A DNA stretch of 62,435 nt, counting the filler, from Globobulimina sp. (taxonomy: Eukaryota), in the NCBI GenBank assembly GCA_003354225.1. It is 11 parts of 11 records of this genome, joined end to end, with 100 filler letters (N's around TTAATTAATTAA, not from the genome) between each part and the next. Parts side by side here need not be neighbours in the genome. Positions count along the whole stretch, not along the records: positions 51,187 to 56,762 come from PIVH01000505.1; positions 56,863 to 62,435 come from PIVH01000506.1; 9 more parts are not named here. One strand, written 5' to 3'. The stretch's first letter is position 1; each line of letters opens with the position of its first letter. This document shows, one piece after another, positions 51,187 to 61,792 of the stretch. Under the pieces are notes generated by a model. It ran no database searches, was not told the origin of the DNA, and saw only the letters and a program-made list of their open reading frames with translations. The position numbers and the translations under genes were made by a program.

Positions 51187-51959
51187 GCATCAGTTGGTGC
51201 ATTAGTTGATTTAGTTGGGGCATCCGTGGGAGCATCGGTCGGAGCATCAGTTGGAGCAGATGTAGGCTCATTAGTTGGAGCAGGCGTTGGGTTATTGGTT
51301 GGGTTATTGGTGGGTGAAGTTGTAGGATCGCCTACACATTGCATTTCTACATCATATACAACTGTATATTCACTTTTTCCGCTGTGTAATAAAGTAAATG
51401 AAAACAGGAATTGTGTGTTAGCTGTTGCTCTGCCAATGTAAATATCAGTTACAGTGTGATATTCCCAGTCATCTGTTGAACCACAACCAACAACATATGT
51501 TTGAGCATTGTTTACAAAAGTTCCATCAGATATATGTGGATTGCTGGCTGATCGTCCCAGGGAATCTTGTCGAGCATACTGACTGGGTGTACTACCGCCA
51601 GTTTGATCTTTTAACATTGATACTATATAATCGCCAGTTTCAGTCTCACAGAATGCAAACGAATATGATACATATATATCAGCATCATCTGAGCATTTAA
51701 AATATCTCTGCATCCAACATCTCGATTTGGTTTGCTCTGTAAGAGGGCCATGGTATTTTTTATCTGCTGCTCCGATGGTATATCGATTTGCTGGGGAATA
51801 ATATTCAGGATTATCTATAGGCTGATTGTAAATCGACCATCCATTTAGTTTGTTGGTATCAAATTGAAAATCATCGATCCAAATTTGGTTGACTGGTATT
51901 GTGGATTGAGAATGAGACGATTCATTGAATAGAAATACAATTAATAATAAAAGAAACAT
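51187..51959 (-). CDS. Secreted protein with PTxxPT repeats (truncated)
   Basis: Signal peptide; PTNN/PTDA tandem repeats. Confidence 0.75.
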
Positions 51960-52418
51960 TTTAATGATAACTCAAAAATGCCTTTTTCAAATTATTCAAG
52001 ATTGTATAGCACATTTCAAATCGACTACATATAATTATCTGCATTTGGTGTTGTGTAGCAATTTGAAATGTGCAGTATTTTGACTGTGCCAGTTTCAACT
52101 ATAGGAGGTAATTCACAGTACACTTTTGAGAGACTTTGTTATTGTGTTTGACAGTTTGACTGATCTGACAGATCTGTGTTGACTGTGCCATTCAGACAGG
52201 TTTTTTTTAGCACTGACTTTAGGTTTCTGTGTTGACTTTAGCACTGACTTTAGCTTAAATTAAATAAATATTTTTGAAACAGGAACAGAAATTCTCATCA
52301 ATATTGCAGTTATTTTGTCAGATATTACAATATCAACCGCAAATAATTGACATTCAAATTCGGATTTGTTTGAGCTGTTATTACCGATATTAAAAACAAA
52401 AATGAGTCAATATAAATG

Positions 52419-53288
52419 CTAAAGTATTGCATGTAATAGTGATTTTACGGTTTGTTGAGTGATATATTTTTCTTCATCAGTGCCGATTTCAGGATTATAT
52501 TCGACCAAATCAAGCCCTATTGATTTGTTTGAGAATTTCAAATAATACAAATAATCCAAAACGTCTTTTAAGTCTAATCCATGATTAGCGCGCGTACCTG
52601 TACTTGGTGCATATTTTGGATCCAATCCATCAATGTCTAAACTTGTATGCACATATTTATATTTGTCAATAACATCCATAACTTCCTCCTTATCCGAACA
52701 CACATTGATTCCATACTTGTCAATGATATCAATTTCAAAGTTATCCAGATCTCTTATACCCCAATAATACAAATGTTCAAAGTTTAATTTTAATCCAATG
52801 TTATTGACCCATTGCCATGTGTTGTCAATGCCGGTTATGAATGCTAAGGGCATTCCGTGCACGTTGCCCGAGGCACTGCTTTCCAGCGTATTTATGTCAG
52901 CATGCGCATCGATCCATATTACAGCCAAATTATTCAAATCATTCTGACTTTCATTCATTTTTTGATTTAACATGTTTACGCAATGCAATGTGCCCATCAC
53001 TGAGCCAACTGCGACACTGTGGTCTCCTCCAACTACCAAAGTGTTACTGTTTGATTCTATGCGTGCTTTATAGAGCTCATAATGGTACTTTTCATTGCTA
53101 CAAATATGAGACTGGTCCACTGGCATCACTTTGTAAGACGTCTGTGTTGGACTGGTAGATAATGATAGCGCTTCATTTATAATGTTCCTCACAATCGATG
53201 AGCCATTCTCAACGCCGACTATTGGTTGTCCGAATCTCCATGGTGCATATAAAATATTTGCTAGTTTATGCATTCTTGATGACGCCAT
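52419..53288 (-). CDS. Arginase
   Basis: GGDHS, WIDAHADIN, SGNVHGMP, SLDIDGLDP, VEYNP. Confidence 0.93.
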   Translation of the reverse strand: MASSRMHKLANILYAPWRFGQPIVGVENGSSIVRNIINEALSLSTSPTQTSYKVMPVDQSHICSNEKYHYELYKARIESNSNTLVVGGDHSVAVGSVMGTLHCVNMLNQKMNESQNDLNNLAVIWIDAHADINTLESSASGNVHGMPLAFITGIDNTWQWVNNIGLKLNFEHLYYWGIRDLDNFEIDIIDKYGINVCSDKEEVMDVIDKYKYVHTSLDIDGLDPKYAPSTGTRANHGLDLKDVLDYLYYLKFSNKSIGLDLVEYNPEIGTDEEKYITQQTVKSLLHAIL

Positions 53289-53440
53289 ATCAACTTACCA
53301 AGCAATACAATGAATATATGAGTTGATTGTTACTGATTATGAGTTACATAGAAACTGCGTAGCGCTGATCCAGCTGCATGCAATATATATATATAACATG
53401 ATAAATCCAAAAAAACTTTCTTGAGCTTTAACTTGCAATA

Positions 53441-55640
53441 ATGTCTCGTCAGCAATACGGTTTATCATCGTCAGGTGTAATAACCGAAGCAGTACGCAAA
53501 TTTTTGGTGCAATTCCGTGAGAATGTATCACGCGGAAACGCCAAATTATTATATTCATCGTACACAGCATTTAAATCGATAACAGAGAAAACCTACCAAG
53601 TCTCCACATGGCCATTAGACACCGATGTTATTCGCGATTTGCGCTTAAATATCTCAGAAGAGTCAACACGGATATTTTTATATTTATATCGTGAGTTATT
53701 TTATCGACATGCCTTTAATCGCTGTGATATATCATTCGAAACAATGCATGATTCATTCACAAATTACATGCGTTTATTTAATACGTTGCTCAAATTTTAT
53801 GACTCGAATAAGAAATTTTGTGAGATACCAAATGTGTGGTTATGGGATATGATCAATTCCTTCGTATCGCAGTTCCAATATTATCATCATTGGCGATCGG
53901 ATTCAAAGGAGAATTATAAAAATATGAATGAATTATTAAATTATGAAAGCGAAACACAACAAAAATCAATCCAACAAAAATGGAATGTACAGGTTGTGCT
54001 TCGCTATTTACATTATTTTGTGCATGCGGCCAAGATACCGATTCGGTATAATGAGCCACAACAAATTGACCCCGAACATGACGAGGAACAAAAACGCAAA
54101 GGCTCAGGCATTATGATGCAAATGTTGGGGTTTTTCAGTTTAATCGGATTGTGTCGCATTCATACAATTTTAGCAGATTATCGAACTGCGATTGATGTGA
54201 TGGCTGTGGTTGATTTAAAAGCAAAAGTTTAGTCATCATTTCTCACTGTTTTTGCTTCTCAGAAATGCATTGTATGAGTGCAAGGATGCAAATATTTTAG
54301 GCACACAAATAATTGTTTTATCTCATGATCAGAATAACGGAAATATGATATTGGAGCACTGCATGACGTTATTGTATGTATTCAAAAGTAATTAATAGTT
54401 TTGAATACATACAACAACGTGGATGCAGCGACAACATCGTATTTCTGTTTTGTAGCTAAGCTCAAGTGTCCATGTTCATGCCAGTAACTTAAAAAGTTTT
54501 TTCTTTACTTTACTTCAGAGCGCCATCACTCAGTTTGCGTCATGTTGTGTCAGTGCGCATTATTACTTATCATTTGCATATTGTATGACCCGCCGATTTC
54601 CCGACGCACACTCAATGCTATGTACATTATTACGAAATCCGCGTTATGCAGAAAAAGGTGGTAAACGCAGCAAACCACGCTTTTTATTGACCGATTCCGA
54701 CGAAAAAGATAAAAAATCGTCAAAATCCGAAGCTGTAGATCAAGAGTTAAGTGACAAGGACCGATATCATGGCGAATACTTAAGCATAGAGGCAATGTTG
54801 GACCGTTCGTGGGCAATGTTAGCAATCGCAAATACTCAATGTCCTACCAAATTGGATGAGGTGTTATTAGCGCCGTTACGGGATTATTTTGGCAATGATA
54901 TGGACGATATAAATGATAATAGTTCGAGTGTCGAACGGAGGAAACAAAGCTATGCCAAATTATTCCAAAGCTGTGCGCCAGATTTTATTAATGTATTTTC
55001 GCCCTTTCATCAAGAAACCGGTCAATTATCGCGATTAAGGTATTGTATACAATATGACTCAGAAACGAATTTAAATGCAAAAATCTGTCAGCAAACTATA
55101 ATACAATTTATGTACAACAGAAACATAAATTATATTATAGTTTGTGAGAGATTTTCGAGTTAAAATAAATGCTACAAATGAGATAAATTTTTATTATTTG
55201 TGGCATTTATACACTGATAATGATATACACTGAATTTGAATGTGTGATATTGTGATAAAAGAGCATCAGAATTATGTTTGAACCAATTTGGAGCGTTTAT
55301 GAGATTGACCAATAAGAGACATGATATGCTAAAATTGAAGAATGAGATTTGTTTATTTTGCGTGATTCCATTCAATAAGTTGGTGACAGCCATGAATTAC
55401 GAGGCCAATGAGACTGGCAAACTAAACCGGGAATTAATACGATTAAAATGGAGATTGAAGCAAAATAAGAAAGTTGATTCTTGGGGGAATACAAAAGACC
55501 AATTCACTTTTTATATTAAAGATGATTGTGTTTATATTCAGGAATTGCAAACTTCGCAATTATGGAAATATTCCGACTATTTTATAAGGAATACACAAAC
55601 TGTCACGGAGTGGCTTGAAAATTATCCATCGCATTTATAG
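53441..55640 (+). CDS. EIF3L: Translation initiation factor 3 subunit L
   Basis: LYRELFYRH, PNVWLWDMINSFVSQFQ, LGFFSLIGLCRIH, FYI, YSDYFIR. Frame-preserving introns 54227-54518 and 55040-55261. Confidence 0.88.
54336..54449. repeat. Imperfect inverted repeat (hairpin or MITE) inside eIF3L intron 1
   Basis: Arms acgttattgtatgtattcaaaa / ttttgaatacatacaacaacgt, extended by outer arms. Confidence 0.85.
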
Positions 55641-56012
55641 ACTTGTTCAGAATTTAAATGAGTAAAATGACTGCATCCATAATTTCTAATTTTGATTTTC
55701 CATTTTAGTTCACTGCATTTTTACAACTACGATATTTAAATGATGACTAGCTCACTTCAAGAAATCTTAATATCAGGGTTCTCTGAGAAACGCTTTGTAA
55801 ATCCAGAAACGGTTTGCTATAGATTCACATCCGTGCAAAACTGAATTTTGGTCCAAAAACAATGTCACAGATCTTGACAAACAATTCTTTGTGTAGCATG
55901 AGGTAAATATTGTTAAAAAATGAGGTAAATATTGTTTGTTTTTCAGAAAATCAACATTTAACATTTCCCAACTCCAACCAAATAACACACAGCTCCAACA
56001 CGCTGTACCCAA

Positions 56013-56177
56013 CGTATCAAAAAATTTTTGGGTCCCCATGTTTTGCCTAACAAAAAAAACAATATTCAACTACACTGTGTTTACATAAAAAGTAGTGGTT
56101 AAACAGTAAATATACTGTTTGTCTATTTGTTTTTTCAGATAGGCAAAACATGGGGTACCCAAAAATGTTTTGATACG
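56013..56177. mobile_element. MITE-like palindrome with ~37-bp terminal inverted repeats
   Basis: cgtatcaaaaaatttttgggtccccatgttttgccta ... taggcaaaacatggggtacccaaaaatgttttgatacg. Confidence 0.65.
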
Positions 56178-56862
56178 ATTACTTAGCAACTTGAAAAAGT
56201 TTACATTTCCAACTTTTCAAAGTTCAAATATTAACTTTTCAAAGTTTACAAAATATAAAGTTTACAAAATATTTGCTATTATATATTGAAAATTGAATTT
56301 ATCAATTCTCACCGCCCCGATTTCAAAATTTTTTTCAAATCTAAGTTTATGAAAATAATATGAAATATTTGTAACATTGCACATGACATTTACATGGCCA
56401 AATTTGAATACAACGATAATCTATGCATTCTCATGATTTTTTGCACAAAAATATGTTAAATTAAAACACAAAGTCAAAGTAACAATTTTAAATGGTGTGG
56501 AAGAGTTTTTGCAAGTGATGGTTGTACGGATTTAGTGGTTTTAAGTGTGTGAATAATATGAGACAGCTGCATGCAATCTATTGCAGACCGTTCCAGTTGA
56601 TATTCTCGCATTTTTTCCATATGCTGACTGATTTGTTTCTTTTTTTATCCCAAAAAACGCCTATAAAAAACTTTTATTTGACTACTATAAAAGTCACTTT
56701 ATTGCAAAAATACCTAATAAAATAGAAACGTTTTCTATTTTATTGCATAAATACCAAATAAANNNNNNNNNNNNNNNNNNNNNNNNNNNNNNNNNNNNNN
56801 NNNNNNTTAATTAATTAANNNNNNNNNNNNNNNNNNNNNNNNNNNNNNNNNNNNNNNNNNNN

Positions 56863-58016
56863 CCACGTCCATCAATATGAAATGCATACTGCTCAAGAGT
56901 GTGGCGCCGCTTGAATATAATTTTTTTAATACCTGGAATTTTAATTAAGGTGTTCTCGAGTTTCGCAGATAATAAACCGATCGCTCGATTGCTCAATCCA
57001 GTTCTATTTCCGTTTCGTGAAATGTGCTCCAATAATGTCATTTCTTCTTCAATCATATTTTGGGGGCTATTGAAAATGTGTCTCACTTTGTTTTTGTTTA
57101 CGGAAACAACATTAGCAATTTCATCAGTTCCGTTTGCAACATTATATCGTGGCCTAATTGTGTTAATATCCGTATTATGAGTTCTGTTTACAGCGGCTGA
57201 TTGTGCGCTAATTTGTGCCATAATTTGCTGCATATCAGCGATATCACTGGCGCTGAGGCCAGTTGGTGCCTGAGGTCGTGCTGGCCCAGTGGGTGCTACA
57301 ACTCCAGATGGGATTTGGACTTCTTCTAACGAAGCTTGTGCCCGTTCATCAGATTTATTTTGTAAGATACTCATGATTGCGCTTTTATTTGCGTTAAATA
57401 TTTTCTCGATTTGTGATTTATCTACTTTAAATACTTTAGATGAGTTGAAAGTCCATAATTTACGGGTATTTCGGCCTTCATTAACAGATTTAGTTGTTTC
57501 TTTAATGATGAAGCTCGAAGCTCGATGCGCAACAGGTCCCTTGAATACTTTTTCGACAATATAATTTCGCGTCTGTTTAGATATAAATAATGGAAAATCA
57601 ACACTAATTTTGTAAAATTCGGTTCGGGTTGAACCAACATACCCGAATGATGGGTGGTCTAATAAACCTTTGATTGAGTTTTTATCCATACAGTAAATAA
57701 ACTTACCCTTATGAATGATTCTAATAATATCTTTTGATGGAATATCTTTTGTATCTTCCATTGAGATATAATCGCGAGGGTTACTACATTCTTTATTATG
57801 AACAGATGGTGCGGCAACAGGTTTTGGTGTTTTCTTTTTTGCCGGTCTTGCAACAACTGCCGCAGTGACTCCTTTATATTTAGCCCAACGTTTTGTGCCA
57901 TTTTTATTGGTCTTAACAATATATTGACCTCCATCTCCACCAGTTCTAATAGTTCCTACACCATAATCTGTTGCTGATTCAGTTGGCGATTTTCTTGCTT
58001 TTCTTGCTTTTGGCAT
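56863..58016 (-). CDS. Hypothetical protein with a giant-virus-type N-terminal motif (truncated)
   Basis: RKSPTESATDYGVGTIRTGGDGGQYIVKTNKNGTKRW. Confidence 0.7.
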
Positions 58017-58295
58017 TTTTATATGTGTTATATACTTACAAATATAAAATAATTTTTATAAATTATCTATAATAGTATGTACCATCTTTTTTGCTTTCAC
58101 ATTTCAAACATATTGTGCGATTTATATTTCCATATATCTGTCTGCAACATCTACATCGGTGTCGTTTCGGGGTTTTTGGATTTTGTTTGAAATACTTAAT
58201 AATTTTTGAGAGCATTTTTAATATAAGTTATATAGGAACAAAAACTTATTTGATTTATTCCGTATTAAAATTTATATATTATATTATTATAGACT

Positions 58296-58592
58296 ATGAA
58301 TACATTAAACTTTTTACCAAAAGATATTGAGAATATAATTATTGATTATAAAAAACAGATGGAATATAAATTACAATTCGATAAAGTATTGAGTGATATT
58401 AAACATCTTAGATATATACGTGAATTTGAATATATCCGTAATAATGAAGATATTTGGGATGAAACTAATGTATATTATCATGAATATAATTGTTTTATAT
58501 CACGTAATCGTTGCAAAAAGATTATTATTGCTGAGCGAATTGGTGGTTATGTAATTGAGGAATTGTCACCAAACGAGATGTTTTTCTGCTAA
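58296..58592 (+). CDS. Small protein with an F-box-like N-terminus
   Basis: LPKDIENIIIDY. Confidence 0.6.
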   Translation: MNTLNFLPKDIENIIIDYKKQMEYKLQFDKVLSDIKHLRYIREFEYIRNNEDIWDETNVYYHEYNCFISRNRCKKIIIAERIGGYVIEELSPNEMFFC

Positions 58593-58603
58593 TTAAATCT
58601 AAA

Positions 58604-58636
58604 TTATAAGAAGATATTATTAATATCTTGTTATAA
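58604..58636. terminator. AT-rich palindrome between convergent genes (hairpin-type 3'-end signal)
   Basis: ttataagaagatatta-t-taatatcttgttataa, ~15-bp stem with one mismatch. Confidence 0.6.
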
Positions 58637-58653
58637 GCTATAAATTGTGTAAT

Positions 58654-59904
58654 TTATTCAATATTCATAATCCATTTTGTAAATTTGAAATCATCACATA
58701 ATTCGACGTTATTATCTTTAATTTCATTTAATAATTGGTCTAATGTTTGATATTCATTTTGCATATTTAATAAATATTCAACTTCAGCTTTATTTGCAAT
58801 TAATGGACAATTAACTTTATGTTCAAATGCATTTTCTAAGATTTTTTGGACTTTTTTGTAATGAGTTTCATAAATATGAAACGAATCAGCTTGGTGTGTA
58901 TAAACTCCAAGTTTAAGTTCTGGATATGCAGTATCTCTTAAATATACATAAACCATTTCTTGAAATATTGTGAATATGCTTACATCACACGCAGAAAATC
59001 CGAATAATGCATCATTAGAACGCATAGAAGCTGTCATATTTAATTTATTATTTCTGATATTAAATGATAATGCTTTTGTGCAACAATAATCTTGTGTTTC
59101 TGTATTTAAATTATCATTTGAGCCAATATAGATAATGGCTCTTCGCGAAAACATATCATTTTGCAATGTTTCGCATAATCTCATGAAATTTGGGATAACA
59201 TATTTTCCGTAATTTGAATTAATTGTGTTATCGGCATTTTTAATACGCTTCCATAATGATGCGTGATTTTCAATTGTGCAATCATATTTATTTTCTGGAT
59301 TTCCACCAAGTAAATACCATAAAAATTCTTTTTTGCAGTAATTAAGATTATTTTGTGGTTTTTTAGTTGGGTTTCTTCCTTCAAATACAAACCATCTATC
59401 AGTCGGGTCATCTAATACAACTTGATAATTTAATAATTCTTTTGTTTTTAATCCTCTTACGGTGACTTCAGGTGCATTCCATACATCTTTAAATGCTTTG
59501 AATTTTGGGTTTGAATCGATTTTTCTCGTAATTGGTTTCTTTTGCTCGTAATCGTTTAATGCAATTAAATATGCAACTTCATCTAAATAATTGTCGCCTT
59601 TATAAGAATATGAACTTCTTACTCTCTTTAAATTACACATAACTAAGAAACAATCCTCTGGAGTCACTTGGGTTTTTGTTCGACTCATTAATTTAGTTAA
59701 TTCTGCAATTTTTTCGAAGCTCTCCCCGATTGGTCCATATTTTCTATCACCTTCTTGTGTTCTATTATGAATAATATTATCGGCAATTACTCCAATTCGA
59801 GACATTTGGGTTTTATTTTCAATATTAGACATTGATAATGATTCGTTGTCATAAGTAAATGTAGTCATTTTAGTTGTCATGGTGTTTGTTTGTTGTTGAG
59901 TCAT
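58654..59904 (-). CDS. DUF6378-like domain fused to a dCMP hydroxymethylase-like (thymidylate synthase superfamily) domain
   Basis: N-term: R..GDRKYG...SFEKIA...M..LK.VR....K.DNYLD..AY. C-term: EFLWY, INSNYG, SRRA, DYCCT, MRSNDALFGFSACD, SFHIYETH. Confidence 0.85.
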   Translation of the reverse strand: MTQQQTNTMTTKMTTFTYDNESLSMSNIENKTQMSRIGVIADNIIHNRTQEGDRKYGPIGESFEKIAELTKLMSRTKTQVTPEDCFLVMCNLKRVRSSYSYKGDNYLDEVAYLIALNDYEQKKPITRKIDSNPKFKAFKDVWNAPEVTVRGLKTKELLNYQVVLDDPTDRWFVFEGRNPTKKPQNNLNYCKKEFLWYLLGGNPENKYDCTIENHASLWKRIKNADNTINSNYGKYVIPNFMRLCETLQNDMFSRRAIIYIGSNDNLNTETQDYCCTKALSFNIRNNKLNMTASMRSNDALFGFSACDVSIFTIFQEMVYVYLRDTAYPELKLGVYTHQADSFHIYETHYKKVQKILENAFEHKVNCPLIANKAEVEYLLNMQNEYQTLDQLLNEIKDNNVELCDDFKFTKWIMNIE

Positions 59905-59921
59905 TCTGTTATATTATAATA

Positions 59922-59938
59922 TACTATTTAAATTTTAA
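59922..59938 (-). promoter_or_regulatory. 17-bp upstream motif TTAAAATTTAAATAGTA (identical copy at 61751-61767, + strand)
   Basis: Exact match upstream of the two nucleotide-metabolism genes. Confidence 0.6.
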
Positions 59939-60015
59939 ATATATTTAGCAATTTAAATAGAAAAAACCTTATATTGACTCGTTTAATATTATAATTTTTT
60001 TTGATATGCATAAAT

Positions 60016-60369
60016 CTATTTGCGATAATTAAAGTAGTATATTAAAAATGCTATAATCGAGATGCGCATGTTAGTTTCATTATCATCATATTCTTCATCA
60101 CCCATAATTGTATTGAGATAATCAATTATATCACCTTTTGATACATATTCTTCTTCCTCATCATCGGTAAATATGATATCAATAGTCTTACCTACATCTT
60201 CTTTATATATTCTTTTTTTATCGCAATCGCAAACCTTACAACAACTTTGGGTATTTTTTAATGTCAATTCCTGGATTGAATATTTCTTATAAAAATCCGA
60301 AATGCTCATTATTTTTGAACACGTTGTACATGTTTTTTCAATTGTTGATTTTATTGATATGGCAGACAT
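60016..60369 (-). CDS. Small zinc-ribbon protein
   Basis: CTTC...DFY...CKVC. Confidence 0.6.
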   Translation of the reverse strand: MSAISIKSTIEKTCTTCSKIMSISDFYKKYSIQELTLKNTQSCCKVCDCDKKRIYKEDVGKTIDIIFTDDEEEEYVSKGDIIDYLNTIMGDEEYDDNETNMRISIIAFLIYYFNYRK

Positions 60370-60473
60370 TATTTTATATTATATATCAATAAATTAATCA
60401 CCGGATTATTGATATGTAATCAATAAAATTGACTTAATTAGCATTTTATATATATTATCATGAATATATCCAA

Positions 60474-60710
60474 TTAATCTTCACCATATATCTCAAAGAT
60501 TTCTCCATTAATTATTCGTGATATGCCATCATCCTCAGTAATTATTTCTATTTCCATTTCTTCTTCTATTTCTTCCTCGCATAATTCTTTGTATTCTCTA
60601 TATAAATCATCATATATTTCTTCTTCCGTATCATAATCTATATCATAATCCTCATCATAATCCTCATATATTTCTTCTATTTCTTCTTCTTCCGAATAAT
60701 AATAATTCAT
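60474..60710 (-). CDS. Highly acidic small protein
   Basis: E/D/Y-rich 78-aa ORF with the shared upstream motif. Confidence 0.55.
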   Translation of the reverse strand: MNYYYSEEEEIEEIYEDYDEDYDIDYDTEEEIYDDLYREYKELCEEEIEEEMEIEIITEDDGISRIINGEIFEIYGED

Positions 60711-60782
60711 GAGTGATATTGTTTTATATTATATATAATCATAAAAAATACTTTCATGGTTTCAAAACGAAATTATATTGAC

Positions 60783-61067
60783 TCATTGCTGATACGAATA
60801 TTTATTTAAAATATGTTGTATTTTATGTTTTTCAAGTCGTACTTCAATCCCATGATATCTGGCAGTTTCAGCATTTATTGCTTTATCAAGAATATTTCGA
60901 CGGGTGATAATTGTTGCTCTTACATCCGCAACGCTCATTAGATCGCGTAATTCTCGAAATAGTGGCGACTGTTTTGCATTAAAAAACGCTAAATCATTTT
61001 GCCTTTTCACTAAATCTAATCTGCTTCTTTCTAATTCTCTCTCTAATTTGGATAACTGTTGCGGCAT
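60783..61067 (-). CDS. Small coiled-coil protein
   Basis: 94-aa ORF with the shared upstream motif. Confidence 0.55.
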   Translation of the reverse strand: MPQQLSKLERELERSRLDLVKRQNDLAFFNAKQSPLFRELRDLMSVADVRATIITRRNILDKAINAETARYHGIEVRLEKHKIQHILNKYSYQQ

Positions 61068-61232
61068 TTGTGTTATATTATACTATACTATATTATTTCA
61101 TGCAATTATTTAATATTTAGTATCGTATATCAGCTTAATATCATTATAGATAATTTAATACGCAATACAAGTCAATTTAAAAAATTAATCACAATTATTT
61201 CAAAATTTATTTATTTATATATTATATAAAAG

Positions 61233-61676
61233 ATGGATCACTGTAATATTTGCGACAAAGATATTAAAAACTTAAACTCTCACAATAAATCTCAAAGACA
61301 TTTAAAATGGTGTCGAATACATGGTGATGCTAATAATTATAATTTAAGGAATAATGTCATAATTCCAAAATTATTTAGTGATATTAAAAAAATTGATAAT
61401 GATGTTAAAGAGTTTTTAATTGATAAAATTAAAGAAAAATATTTAATTAATATTATAGAAAGTTTTATTCCACCATTTGAGGTTGAAAAATATTCAAAAG
61501 TTCAAGGCTACAAACTAACACAAGTTTGTTGGTTCGTGGGCATATACCAATCTGGTGGTAAGCAAAATGTTATTGAACGATTAATGAAAAACAAAATATA
61601 TTTAAGTAAAGAGCAAATAGATTATTTATTTCATTTAAGATATGATACAAAAGCGAAATGTTTAAAAATGTATTAA
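61233..61676 (+). CDS. Zinc-finger plus SAP-like domain protein
   Basis: CNIC...H..SQRH; LTQVCWFVGIYQSGGKQNVIERL. Confidence 0.6.
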   Translation: MDHCNICDKDIKNLNSHNKSQRHLKWCRIHGDANNYNLRNNVIIPKLFSDIKKIDNDVKEFLIDKIKEKYLINIIESFIPPFEVEKYSKVQGYKLTQVCWFVGIYQSGGKQNVIERLMKNKIYLSKEQIDYLFHLRYDTKAKCLKMY

Positions 61677-61792
61677 ATGATATAGAAATGATACATAAAT
61701 ATAAAATATAATTGTATTAAGTCAATTATATTTTTTAATCGAAAACAATGTTAAAATTTAAATAGTAGATAATAATATATATAGAAATAACA

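Noticed and set aside
55021-55277. Apparent disruption of eIF3L
   Set aside because: Resolved by a frame-preserving intron at 55040-55261.
60425-60432. Mimivirus early promoter AAAATTGA
   Set aside because: It is on the + strand while the flanking genes are on the - strand, and it is expected by chance in AT-rich DNA.
256-60904. Many short antisense or overlapping ORFs in the track
   Set aside because: Shadow frames of supported genes or of low-complexity repeats, with no motifs of their own.
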